Positions 14,713 through 23,715 of a stretch of 32,000 bases of DNA are shown here, piece by piece. The notes beneath the pieces were generated by a model that saw nothing but the letters and a program-made list of their open reading frames with translations, was not told the DNA's origin and made no database searches. The DNA comes from Candidatus Saccharimonadota bacterium (GTDB taxonomy: Bacteria > Patescibacteriota > Gracilibacteria > UBA4473), in NCBI GenBank assembly GCA_965228485.1, contig OZ245819.1, positions 930,001 to 962,000 on the forward strand, in the 5' to 3' direction. Numbering within the stretch: the first letter of the stretch is position 1; each line of letters starts with the position of its first letter. Made by a program: the position numbers and the translations under genes.

Positions 14713-17427
14713 TTAGAGACTGCTTAATTCGGCTTCTAATTTTTCTTTTTCGGCTATCTTGTTTTCTAAATCGTCTTTAGTTTGTACCACTAGATGTTCT
14801 GGTGCTTTTTTGGTATAGGCTTTGTTGCTTAGTCTTCCTTTTAGAGCGGTAATACTTTTGTTCAAAGTTTCAATCTCTTTGGTAAGACGAATTTTTTCCG
14901 CTCCTTCATCAAATGGAATCTCAATGTAAATTTCGATTCCATTAGTAATGGCTGTGGCAGATCTTTCTGGTTTTTGAGCCTTTGAATCAATGGTTAATGC
15001 TGATAGGTTGGCGAGTGTTTTAATGATTTCTTTTGTTGTCTTAATCTGTGTGTTATCGGTTTTTAGGGTTCCTGCAATTTTATCTTTTGGATTTAGTCCT
15101 TTTTCGGCTCTAATTTTTCGAATCTCATTAACGATTGATTGTATGGTTGCAAAAGTTTCTTCAGCCTCACGGTCTTTAAAATCTGGTTTTGGGAATTCTT
15201 CAGACATGATTGATGTATCTTTCCCTTCCAGTTCTTGCCAGAGTTTTTCCGTAACAAATGGGCAGAGAGGATGAGTAAGTTTAAGAATTTCTTTGATTGC
15301 AAAGGTGAGTACGCTTGGGGTTGGTTCAACTTTTGAGGCTTCAAGATACCAGTCACAGAATTCTCCCCAGACAAAGTGATAGATTTTGTCTCCAGCCGCA
15401 GAAATGTCATATTTTTCTAAGTGGTCAGAAACTTCCTTCGATACGTGTGAGAGCCTCGAAAGAATCCACCTATCGGCAAGAGATTCAGGCATAACAGTGT
15501 CCGAAATTTCCTTGCCTTCTGTCTGCATTTGTACGAATCGTGTAGCGTTCCAGAGCTTATTCACGAAGTTTCGATATCCTTTGATTTTGTTTCTCCCAAT
15601 AGGAATTTTTTGTCCTGGAGTCGATCCGATAACCAAAGCCAAACGTACAGGATCAGCTCCGTATTCTGAAATCATCTCAAGTGGATCAATCCCATTACCT
15701 TTAGATTTAGACATTTTTTTGCCGTGCTCATCGGTGACCATCCCATGAAGATACACGGTGTGGAATGGGTATTTTCCAGTAGCGTAACGTCCGAACATAA
15801 TCATTCGAAGTACCCAAAAGGTTAAAATATCCCAACCGGTTTCGAGTACGTCAGTTGGGTAAAATTTTTGGAAATCAGGAGTATTTTCATTCGGCCAGCC
15901 CAAAGTTGAAAACGGCCATAAAGCCGAACTAAACCAGGTATCTAAAGTATCTTCATCCTGGCGCAGATTGAGTGTTTCTTGTTCTGGTGTTAGGAATCCT
16001 GTGGCAACGATATTGTCGTTTTCATCATACCAAACTGGGATTCGGTGTCCCCACCAGATTTGACGTGAAATACACCAGTCTTGGAGATTGTCTGTCCATT
16101 GAAAATAACCTTTTTCAAAACGTTTGGGAATAATATTTACATCCTCATTTTTAACCGCATCAGCGGTTAGCTTGCAAAGCGTTGTTGTTTCTCCGGTGTG
16201 TTTATCGGTAAATTCTTTATTAACCATTACAAACCACTGTGGAGAAATCATGGGTTCTACCACGCATCCAGATCTATAACAGAGTGGTGTTCTGTGGGTG
16301 TAGTCTTTCTCAACTCCCACCAGCAACCCCATGTCTTCCATGCATTTTCCAGATTTTTTCCGGGCTTCTTCTACACTTAGGCCTTCGCAAGGTCCGGCAA
16401 CGGAGGTCATTTTCCCTTCAAAATCAATCTTTTGGATAAAGGTTTCATCCAGACCTTTTCGTTTGGCCAGATCATAATCGTCGGCGGAATGTGAAGATGA
16501 AATGGTCATAGCGCCGGCGCCTTTTTCTGGATCAATTACCTCGTCGGCTATTACATAAAAAGATCTTTTGGCCGCGTAAGTATCGTACTCAAATTTAGTC
16601 CCCTCTAGGTCTTTACCAGTAAAAGTGTCTACCACTTCATACTCCGCCTCCGGATCAAGGAAGTTGAGGGTCTTAAAAAACTTTTCTTTATCGTTCCAGA
16701 GGTTTTCAATCACCATCAAGGTTTCATCCCCAAATTTGATTCGATGATATTTTGATTCTGGATGAACCACTAGGGGACTATCGGCACACTTGGTTTCTGG
16801 ACGCACAGTTCCGATCACAAATTCACCACATCGGATGTAGTAGAAAGGCTCTTTCACTTCTTCCCACTCAAGCTCATCATCTGATAACACTGATTGGGCC
16901 CCTACAGACCAGTTGATGAGTCGGTGTCCTTGCTCAATAAGCCCATCATCATACAACTTTTTAAAGATGTAATTTACCGCATAATTTCGTTTTTCATCAA
17001 AGGTATAGGCCTCCCGCGACCAGTTCAGCCACGATCCCATTTTTTTCATTTGATTGATGATGTTGTCGTGTTTTTCATTTGCAAAAATTCGACAGTCATC
17101 CAGAAATGCTTCACGGTTTGGCCACTCTTCCCTAGATTTTTTTCCGTGATGTTTAATCACCACATTTTCGGTGGCGATAGCGGCATGATCTGTTCCAGGA
17201 AGCCAAAGGACTTCATGCCCTTTCATGGCTTTATATCGAGTCAAAATATCTTCAATGGCAAGCATTGCGGCGTGACCTAAATGGAGATTTCCTGTTACAT
17301 TGGGAGGAGGAAGAGGGATGGTGAAAGGAGGTTTTTCAGAAGAGCTATCAGCTCTCATGTCTCCAGAATCTTCCCATTGTTGATAAATTTTGTCTTCGGA
17401 ATCGTTATGATTATAAGCTTTGTCCAT
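14713..17427 (-). CDS. valS: valine--tRNA ligase
   Basis: 904 aa. Class I HIGH motif (PPPNVTGNLHLGHA), KMSKS motif (KMSKSKGN), editing-domain insert, and the C-terminal coiled coil typical of ValRS. Confidence 0.97.
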   Translation of the reverse strand: MDKAYNHNDSEDKIYQQWEDSGDMRADSSSEKPPFTIPLPPPNVTGNLHLGHAAMLAIEDILTRYKAMKGHEVLWLPGTDHAAIATENVVIKHHGKKSREEWPNREAFLDDCRIFANEKHDNIINQMKKMGSWLNWSREAYTFDEKRNYAVNYIFKKLYDDGLIEQGHRLINWSVGAQSVLSDDELEWEEVKEPFYYIRCGEFVIGTVRPETKCADSPLVVHPESKYHRIKFGDETLMVIENLWNDKEKFFKTLNFLDPEAEYEVVDTFTGKDLEGTKFEYDTYAAKRSFYVIADEVIDPEKGAGAMTISSSHSADDYDLAKRKGLDETFIQKIDFEGKMTSVAGPCEGLSVEEARKKSGKCMEDMGLLVGVEKDYTHRTPLCYRSGCVVEPMISPQWFVMVNKEFTDKHTGETTTLCKLTADAVKNEDVNIIPKRFEKGYFQWTDNLQDWCISRQIWWGHRIPVWYDENDNIVATGFLTPEQETLNLRQDEDTLDTWFSSALWPFSTLGWPNENTPDFQKFYPTDVLETGWDILTFWVLRMIMFGRYATGKYPFHTVYLHGMVTDEHGKKMSKSKGNGIDPLEMISEYGADPVRLALVIGSTPGQKIPIGRNKIKGYRNFVNKLWNATRFVQMQTEGKEISDTVMPESLADRWILSRLSHVSKEVSDHLEKYDISAAGDKIYHFVWGEFCDWYLEASKVEPTPSVLTFAIKEILKLTHPLCPFVTEKLWQELEGKDTSIMSEEFPKPDFKDREAEETFATIQSIVNEIRKIRAEKGLNPKDKIAGTLKTDNTQIKTTKEIIKTLANLSALTIDSKAQKPERSATAITNGIEIYIEIPFDEGAEKIRLTKEIETLNKSITALKGRLSNKAYTKKAPEHLVVQTKDDLENKIAEKEKLEAELSSL

Positions 17428-17455
17428 ATTGTTTAGTGTTTGCGATCGAAATTAT

Positions 17456-17503
17456 AAAAAAACTCGCCCTTTAGGCGAGAGTAAAATGATCGAAGTCTCG
17501 CCT
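17456..17503 (-). promoter_or_regulatory. transcription attenuator: mutually exclusive antiterminator and terminator hairpins in the valS leader
   Basis: Minus strand: A-GGCGAG (17503-17497), 17 nt, CTCGCC-T (17479-17473), then TAAAG loop, GGCGAG (17468-17463), then T7 (17462-17456). The central CTCGCC can pair with either GGCGAG copy. Confidence 0.65.
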
Positions 17504-17508
17504 TCAAT

Positions 17509-17547
17509 TTATAGGTTTACGACAACGACCACGAATGAGTTTTTCAT
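17509..17547 (-). CDS. valS leader peptide MKNSFVVVVVNL (12 codons plus stop)
   Basis: Hand translation: ATG AAA AAC TCA TTC GTG GTC GTT GTC GTA AAC CTA TAA. There are five consecutive Val codons. The stop lies 6 nt upstream of the first GGCGAG segment. The ORF is below the size cutoff of the ORF track. Confidence 0.6.
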   Translation of the reverse strand: MKNSFVVVVVNL

Positions 17548-17555
17548 CGTTGACG

Positions 17556-17584
17556 AATTTAGATGAGGACTGTTTTTTTGTCAA
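17556..17584 (-). promoter_or_regulatory. promoter of the valS leader transcript
   Basis: Minus strand: TTGACA (17584-17579), a 17-nt spacer, TAAATT (17561-17556), then 8 nt to the leader ATG (17547). Confidence 0.55.
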
Positions 17585-17618
17585 TTTTCTTAGAGGTTAA
17601 AAATTCATTAACTCTATA

Positions 17619-17646
17619 TTGATTTTTTTAAAATACATTTTAAAAT
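17619..17646 (+). promoter_or_regulatory. promoter of the 861-aa gene (leaderless geometry)
   Basis: TTGATT (17619-17624), a 16-nt spacer, TAAAAT (17641-17646), then 7 nt to the ATG at 17654. Confidence 0.45.
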
Positions 17647-17653
17647 ATATACA

Positions 17654-20239
17654 ATGAGAGAGATAGATGATAAACTTTCATATGTGCTTTTGGAGGCGAA
17701 TGAGTTGTATCCTTCTGAAGAGTTACAAAGGTGTCGAGAAATTCTTGGTATTGAGGATTTTCCGGAAGCCTTAAAAGAGGCTAAAAGACTGATAGAAGAT
17801 ATAGCTGCTGAGCCTTATCATTTAGGGATTGCTCCTGATGTTTATAGGGAAAAAATTGTTGGTATTGTGAAACAATATGCTCCGAGAGCGATTGGCTTTG
17901 CTTTGGCGGGGATGCCAACTCCCGAGCTTCGGGAAGGAGTAAAAAGAGAGAGTATTGTTTTAGAGACTCTTATCGCTTTTTCTCGTCAGTATTTTAAGGT
18001 TAATGAGAATCGTCTCATTCAAGAGGTGGCTCATCAAGGGGGCATCTCTTTAAGAAAGCTTTCGCAGGATACCGAGTTTATTTCAAATATGGTTAGAGAA
18101 GTGGTTGATAATCCTATTGGGGCTCATATAGACAAAGCTCATACAAATGCCGTTTTGGGAGATTATCCTGAACAACCACAAGAGGTAGACTTAACCGCTG
18201 GACAGGCTTCTGTAGATCCTCTGCATGAAGATGCTCATTTGGTTGATAGGGCTATGTATCATGGAATGGTAAATGTTTTGAATGAGATGAGTGAAGAAGA
18301 ATTATTAAGCCGTCCAGAGCTTATGAGCGCTTTTAGCGGCGCAGACATTGATCCAAAAGATTTTAAACGTTGGATTCGGACAAGGCCAAAAATTCGAAAT
18401 TTTTGGATTAACGCTCTTAATACTTTTATCTTTTTTCATCAGTTTTCTTGGTTCAAATTCAATCTCTCTTTTACGGGTAGTCCAGTATTAAAACCTGTAT
18501 GGATAGCCTTTTTAAAACATCATTATGAGCGATTATCAGGGAATGAGGAAAGCACAAAAACTTTTGGGGAGCTTTTAGCCAGCTTTTGGGAAGCTTGTCC
18601 GCAGGAGTTGAGTAGCCTGATTGATGAAGCTTTTCGAAATGAGAAAGCTAAAAAAGGGCCTTCCGATAGATCGCCTAAACCAGTGAAAAAAGTTGAAAAA
18701 GCTGACAAACCTAAGAAAAAAAGAAAACCTCGTCGTAATACTAGGATCACTCCAGTAGAGCAAGAAGCTGGCATTGTTGATAAAGTAGAAGACGTTGTAG
18801 CGCTTCCAAAACCAGAGGTTGTTGGAGGCGAAGAATCATTATCAAAACGTTTTGCCCTTGGACAATACGGAGTAGAACTTACTAATGTGCCGGAAGAGGC
18901 GGCTTTTCTTTTGATCAATTCTGGAAGAGGGGCTAATTATCAAAGAATACCTTTAGTTAAAGGACAGTCGGTTTATCGCTTTAGGAGTCCAAAGTATAAA
19001 TCAGGGAAATTTTATGAGGTAAAAATTGGATATGCTCGGGCAGATGAAAAACTCGTTCCAGAAAACAGTTTAGTTGTAAAATTTCAGCATCCTGTATCAG
19101 AAGTAGTTCCTCCTGCGACTGAAAAGGATTTAGAAACTTTTGAAGTTCCAGCGGAGTTTGAACCTGGAGTACTGTCTGGTAATTCAGAGACAGAGAGCAG
19201 TCACGAAGAGGGGGGTGTAGTTCAGCCAGCAGAAGAATTGGTTCCAGAGAATACAGAGCCAATAGCTTATTTGAACAATCTAAAATTGCTTTCTCGACGT
19301 TATAATCTTGATGATTTTCAACTTTCTAATAATCGAGGTTTTGTTTGGGATCAATGTATTGGGAGGCCAAGTATGAGTTTATCTGGTGAAAATGAAGGGG
19401 TAAGTTTTGAAATTTCAAAAGTTCCTATGATTGGGATGGTTGGGGTAACTTTGGAATGCGAACATTTCTCTGTAGATGTTATATTTTCAAAAACTAAAGC
19501 TTCGGTGGTATCTCCTAAAATTATGGTGAGACATACAGATAAGAACTTTACAGATAAAAACATTGAAGACTTTGCCCATGGTTGGCTCTATGATTTTTCT
19601 TTTCAATATTCAGATGGATTAAGAGAAACATTAGATCAAAAAGTTGAGGAAGATAAAAAACGAGAAGAGGAAGTCTTTGTACGACAGAAAGCGAAGTATT
19701 TGAATTCAGAAAAAGGGAAAGATGTTCTTCGTAAAAAACAGGAGGTTTTGCGTTCTGGGGGAATTTTAAGGGTGCTAAGAACCGATGATTCCGGCGGGTA
19801 TGTTAAAGAACTTTTACCTTCGTCAGAAATTCATCCGGAGGATGAAATAATTCTTATGGGAGCAACATTATCAGTGGGAAGAGAAAATTTCCCAAGTTTG
19901 TATGAAGCTTTAGAAAGTCCTTATTTTTGTCACTGTATTTACCAACGAATTCGTGCCACAGTTAAACAGGCTCATGGTCTCAATGGCGAAGCCAGAACTC
20001 CATTTGAAGATAAGTACAAGGACGCCGTTTTTTCTATACTCTCTGCTTTTGAGATCGATGAAGAAGATATAGCTTTGGATGAGAGTGATTTTTGGTTTCA
20101 AGTGGAAGATTTACTTACCAAAGGGAATACTCATATAATTGAGAGTTTTATTGATTTACTAAAAGACCAGGGACTACCCGCTGGATTTCAGCATCCTTTT
20201 ACTTTGGATCGGGAAACAATCGAAAAGTTTAAAAGTTAA
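17654..20239 (+). CDS. large hypothetical protein (861 aa), no recognisable domain
   Basis: Long uninterrupted ORF with non-repetitive, protein-like composition. It contains a strongly basic linker (KAKKGPSDRSPKPVKKVEKADKPKKKRKPRRNTR). I could find no catalytic motif. Confidence 0.8.
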   Translation: MREIDDKLSYVLLEANELYPSEELQRCREILGIEDFPEALKEAKRLIEDIAAEPYHLGIAPDVYREKIVGIVKQYAPRAIGFALAGMPTPELREGVKRESIVLETLIAFSRQYFKVNENRLIQEVAHQGGISLRKLSQDTEFISNMVREVVDNPIGAHIDKAHTNAVLGDYPEQPQEVDLTAGQASVDPLHEDAHLVDRAMYHGMVNVLNEMSEEELLSRPELMSAFSGADIDPKDFKRWIRTRPKIRNFWINALNTFIFFHQFSWFKFNLSFTGSPVLKPVWIAFLKHHYERLSGNEESTKTFGELLASFWEACPQELSSLIDEAFRNEKAKKGPSDRSPKPVKKVEKADKPKKKRKPRRNTRITPVEQEAGIVDKVEDVVALPKPEVVGGEESLSKRFALGQYGVELTNVPEEAAFLLINSGRGANYQRIPLVKGQSVYRFRSPKYKSGKFYEVKIGYARADEKLVPENSLVVKFQHPVSEVVPPATEKDLETFEVPAEFEPGVLSGNSETESSHEEGGVVQPAEELVPENTEPIAYLNNLKLLSRRYNLDDFQLSNNRGFVWDQCIGRPSMSLSGENEGVSFEISKVPMIGMVGVTLECEHFSVDVIFSKTKASVVSPKIMVRHTDKNFTDKNIEDFAHGWLYDFSFQYSDGLRETLDQKVEEDKKREEEVFVRQKAKYLNSEKGKDVLRKKQEVLRSGGILRVLRTDDSGGYVKELLPSSEIHPEDEIILMGATLSVGRENFPSLYEALESPYFCHCIYQRIRATVKQAHGLNGEARTPFEDKYKDAVFSILSAFEIDEEDIALDESDFWFQVEDLLTKGNTHIIESFIDLLKDQGLPAGFQHPFTLDRETIEKFKS

Positions 20240-20711
20240 TATAATCTCCAATTTTTCCTGTAAAAGTTCCTGCATTTAACTCTACAACGTAGAGTGCTTG
20301 AGCTCCATCCCCTGGACGAAAAACAGTGCAATGTTCTGTAGTACAGGGCTGAGCTTGTATGTAGTGCATTACTTGTTGGTTTTTAGAAAGCCAGATTATA
20401 TCTAGCGGGATGAGGGTGTTTTTCATCCAGAATCCATAATTTCCTGGTTGGTCAAAGATGAATAGCATTCCTTCGTCTGTTTTGAGTGAAGATTGATTCA
20501 TTAATCCAGTCTCTCTTTCCTGGGGAGAATCGGCAACAGTAAGATTAAAGGTTTGGTTCTGAAAATGAGCTTCAATAACGTCTGGGGTAGAAGTTTTAGA
20601 TTCGGTTTGCGTTTGTACTTCAGTTGGCGTAGATTCAGTAGTGTTTTGACTTTCAGGAAACTCACAAGCAGAAAGCAAAAATACGGTAAGGATAAAGGTC
20701 AGTTTTTTCAT
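20229..20711 (-). CDS. DUF192-family lipoprotein
   Basis: Signal peptide with lipobox (FLLSAC), a T/E/Q-rich linker, then MLFIFDQPGNYGFWMKNTLIPLDIIWL, which matches the DUF192 core pattern. Confidence 0.75.
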   Translation of the reverse strand: MKKLTFILTVFLLSACEFPESQNTTESTPTEVQTQTESKTSTPDVIEAHFQNQTFNLTVADSPQERETGLMNQSSLKTDEGMLFIFDQPGNYGFWMKNTLIPLDIIWLSKNQQVMHYIQAQPCTTEHCTVFRPGDGAQALYVVELNAGTFTGKIGDYINF

Positions 20712-23700
20712 GTCTCAGAACTTAAAACAAATTATTGATAACTTAAATAAATCTCAGCGTCAAGCTGTAGAAGCAGTTTATGGTCCAGTCCTTGTTTTGG
20801 CAGGTCCTGGGACAGGAAAAACTCATATGCTTACAACTCGTATTGCTCATATTTTACAGTCTGGAATTGGAGCAGAAGCTCATAATATTCTCTGTCTGAC
20901 ATTTACCGAAAATGCGGCTGTAGAGATGAGAACGAGGTTGCAAAAGTGGATTGGTCCTCTAGCCTACCAGGTGAAAATATTGACCTTCCATGGTTTTTGT
21001 CAGTGGGTAATTGATGACAATAGTCAGCTCTTTTATGAGCAGATAGGACATCGAGAAATTGCTGATGATCTTCAAAAAGCTTTGATTTATCGTGAAGCGA
21101 TTAAGTCTCGAAAGTGGAAATATTTTTCTAGCATTTGGGACGATTTTGTTCATCAGTATGATTTTTTAAAAGCGGTTAGTGATCTAAAACGTGAAAATAT
21201 TAATCCTGAAAAATTAAGAGAATTAATTCCAGAAGAGAAAAAAAGATTGGAGGCTCATCCTGATAATTTTTATAAAAGAAAATTTAAGAACTTTAACCCA
21301 GGAGATTGGAAGCCTCAAGCTCGGGTAAAAATTGATGATAAGCTTGCTCGAATGTACGAGTTAGCTGATCTCTGGGAGGTTTATGAAGGCTTGATGCAGC
21401 GACGAGGATTTTATGATTTTGATGATTTGATTGCCTGGGTGGTTGAAGCCTTATCTACCAATGAGAGTCTGCGCTTAGATTTGCAAGAGAGATTTCAGTG
21501 GATCATGGTTGATGAATATCAAGATACAAATGATTCACAAAATGCAATACTCTGGGAGTTGGTTGAAGGTGTAGATTTGCCTAATATTTTTGCCGTTGGA
21601 GATGCAGATCAGTCAATTTATCGTTTTCAGGGAGCGAGTGTGGCGAATGTTCAAGACTTCCGTCAGAAATTTGGAGAGAGAAAGGAAATCACGCTTACAG
21701 AGAATTATCGTTCTCACCAGAATATTTTAGATGCCGCTTATCATTCGATAGATCACAATCTAGAAAGGGCCAACAAAGAAATGCGGCTTTCAGCCCAAAA
21801 AAAAGATTTTGCCACGAGTGATCCAGGCACAATCTCTCAGGCAGAACTTGCGAGTCGAGCTTCTGAGATTTCATTTTTGGCTGAAACCATAAAATCTCAC
21901 TTGGCGGCTGGTGTTTTGCCAAAGGAAATTGCTATTCTTGTTCGAAAGAATCGAGAAATAGAAGAGCTGGCTGAAGAATTGCCAAAATTTGGAGTACCGG
22001 TTAGTGCTCAGGTGTCTCAAAATATTTTTGAAAATGAATATGTGAGATATTTGATTTTAATGCTCATGTGTTTTGTAGACGCTGAGGATAGTGAGAGGCT
22101 ATTTGATTTGTTGCACGCTAAGTTTTTGGATATTGATCCTGAGGTTTTGCTTTTGGTTTCTCTTTCAAGAGAAAGGGAAAGATCAATTATTGAAACATTG
22201 TTGCAGAGAGACTTTACAGATAAAAAACTCCAGAATTTTTTAAACTTTTTTATTCAAGCACGTCGTGATTTTCATCATTCTAGAGCGGCTATTATCGCTG
22301 AGAAGTTGTTATATGAATCTGGCTTAGCCAAATTTTTAACTGATAAAAATAAGTTAGATGACTGGCAGTCTGTTAAAAAATTTATTGCTTGGATTCGTGA
22401 ACAGGCTCAGTCAGAGAAATTTCAACAGTCATTTCGTTTTGAGAAAGAGCTTCCAGAAATTCTTAATAGAATCCAACTTCATCAAAATTTAGGTATTAAA
22501 ATTTTTCCCGATCCTTTACCTCAAGATACTCATTCTATCCGAATAATGACGGCCCATAAATCGAAAGGACTTGAGTTTGAAGTGGTTCTGATTCCAGGGT
22601 TGGAAGATAAAAAATGGGGAAATCCTCGAGGAAAAGTAGGTATAGCCTTGCCTCAACTGTCCTCTGAAGAATATGATGAAAATGAAGAAGAAAGACGTCT
22701 GTTTTTTGTAGCTTTAACTCGAGCCAAATCACAACTCTATCTTTCTTACAGTGTTACAGATTTTTCTGGTCGAGATAAGACGCCTTCAATGTTTTGGCAT
22801 GAAATTCCAGAAGAAATTTCCACAAAAACTGAGGCAGAAGAGCTTGAAATTAAGTTGCAGCATTTATTACCGGTTTTCTTTGAGCAGGCAGAAAAGACGC
22901 TTACAAATGGAGAAAAAGCAATTTTACAAGAGCGAGTTAAAAATTTTCGTTGGTCGGTCTCAAGCCTACAATCTTATTTGGATTGTCCACGAAAATTTCT
23001 TTATCAGAACCTTTATAAATTTCCGAGGCGACCAATGCCACAAGCTGCTCTTGGAACGGCATTACATCAAGCTTTAGAAAAAAGTTTTTTACAAATTCAG
23101 AATAAAAAAAGAGTTTTATTGGAATCAGTATTGGAAAATTTCGACTATGCTTTAAGAGGACAAAATATACCACAAGAGGATTTTGAGAATTTCCTAAGTC
23201 ATGGACAAGAGATTTTACAAATTTATTACGAACAAGAGCTAACTAATTTTGAAACGACTCATCCTTTTGGTTACGAGCTCGAATATGACTTTAGTCGCTT
23301 TAATCCGATGATTGATAATATACGAATCACGGGAAAGATGGATAAAATAGTTTTTTTAGATGAAAAGAGATCACGTGTAAAAATTGTAGATTATAAGTCC
23401 GGAAGACCTCGTTCTATAGTTTCTGGAGAGTCTTACTGGAGGCAGTTGGTTTTTTATGATTTACTAACGGGATCCAGTCGTGGTAATGATTGGATTGTTG
23501 AGAGTTGTGAAATTGAATTCTTGACTCCTGATAGTAATGGTAAGCTTGGGAAGAGGTCTTGGGAAGTGTCCCAAGAAGATCGGGAAAAGGTAATTTCAGA
23601 ATTAAAGTGGGTGCATGAAAAAGTGATGAATTTAGAATTTCCTCTAAAAAATCGTGCTGATAGTGATGAGCGTTTATGGGAGGAGATTCAGTACTGGCAA

Positions 23701-23715
23701 AGTTTTGGACAATGA
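20710..23715 (+). CDS. UvrD/PcrA/AddA-like superfamily-1 helicase with a C-terminal RecB-type PD-(D/E)xK nuclease domain
   Basis: LNKSQRQAV, Walker A AGPGTGKTH, DEYQDTN, VGDADQSIYRFQGA, TENYRS, MTAHKSKGLEFEVV, FFVALTRAK. Nuclease domain: LDCPRKFLYQ, GTALHQALE, GKMDKIVF..VKIVDYKSG, QLVFYDLL. Confidence 0.9.
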   Translation: MSQNLKQIIDNLNKSQRQAVEAVYGPVLVLAGPGTGKTHMLTTRIAHILQSGIGAEAHNILCLTFTENAAVEMRTRLQKWIGPLAYQVKILTFHGFCQWVIDDNSQLFYEQIGHREIADDLQKALIYREAIKSRKWKYFSSIWDDFVHQYDFLKAVSDLKRENINPEKLRELIPEEKKRLEAHPDNFYKRKFKNFNPGDWKPQARVKIDDKLARMYELADLWEVYEGLMQRRGFYDFDDLIAWVVEALSTNESLRLDLQERFQWIMVDEYQDTNDSQNAILWELVEGVDLPNIFAVGDADQSIYRFQGASVANVQDFRQKFGERKEITLTENYRSHQNILDAAYHSIDHNLERANKEMRLSAQKKDFATSDPGTISQAELASRASEISFLAETIKSHLAAGVLPKEIAILVRKNREIEELAEELPKFGVPVSAQVSQNIFENEYVRYLILMLMCFVDAEDSERLFDLLHAKFLDIDPEVLLLVSLSRERERSIIETLLQRDFTDKKLQNFLNFFIQARRDFHHSRAAIIAEKLLYESGLAKFLTDKNKLDDWQSVKKFIAWIREQAQSEKFQQSFRFEKELPEILNRIQLHQNLGIKIFPDPLPQDTHSIRIMTAHKSKGLEFEVVLIPGLEDKKWGNPRGKVGIALPQLSSEEYDENEEERRLFFVALTRAKSQLYLSYSVTDFSGRDKTPSMFWHEIPEEISTKTEAEELEIKLQHLLPVFFEQAEKTLTNGEKAILQERVKNFRWSVSSLQSYLDCPRKFLYQNLYKFPRRPMPQAALGTALHQALEKSFLQIQNKKRVLLESVLENFDYALRGQNIPQEDFENFLSHGQEILQIYYEQELTNFETTHPFGYELEYDFSRFNPMIDNIRITGKMDKIVFLDEKRSRVKIVDYKSGRPRSIVSGESYWRQLVFYDLLTGSSRGNDWIVESCEIEFLTPDSNGKLGKRSWEVSQEDREKVISELKWVHEKVMNLEFPLKNRADSDERLWEEIQYWQSFGQ

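Noticed and set aside
17428-17653. T-box riboswitch in the valS leader, the usual regulator of valS in Gram-positive bacteria
   Set aside because: The minus-strand leader has no GGUGGUACCGCG-type T-box sequence; the closest match is CGTGGTCGTTGTCG, which is actually the Val codon run. It also has no recognisable Stem I, specifier loop or UGGN bulge in the antiterminator. At ~90 nt from promoter to terminator, it is far too short for a T-box. The leader-peptide model explains all the elements.
5552-23715. Gabija-like pairing of the OLD-family gene (5552-7555) with the UvrD-like helicase (20710-23715)
   Set aside because: The genes are 13 kb apart, on opposite strands, and separated by housekeeping operons and two tRNAs. 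The helicase carries its own RecB-type nuclease domain and looks like an AddA/PcrA-type repair enzyme, not GajB.
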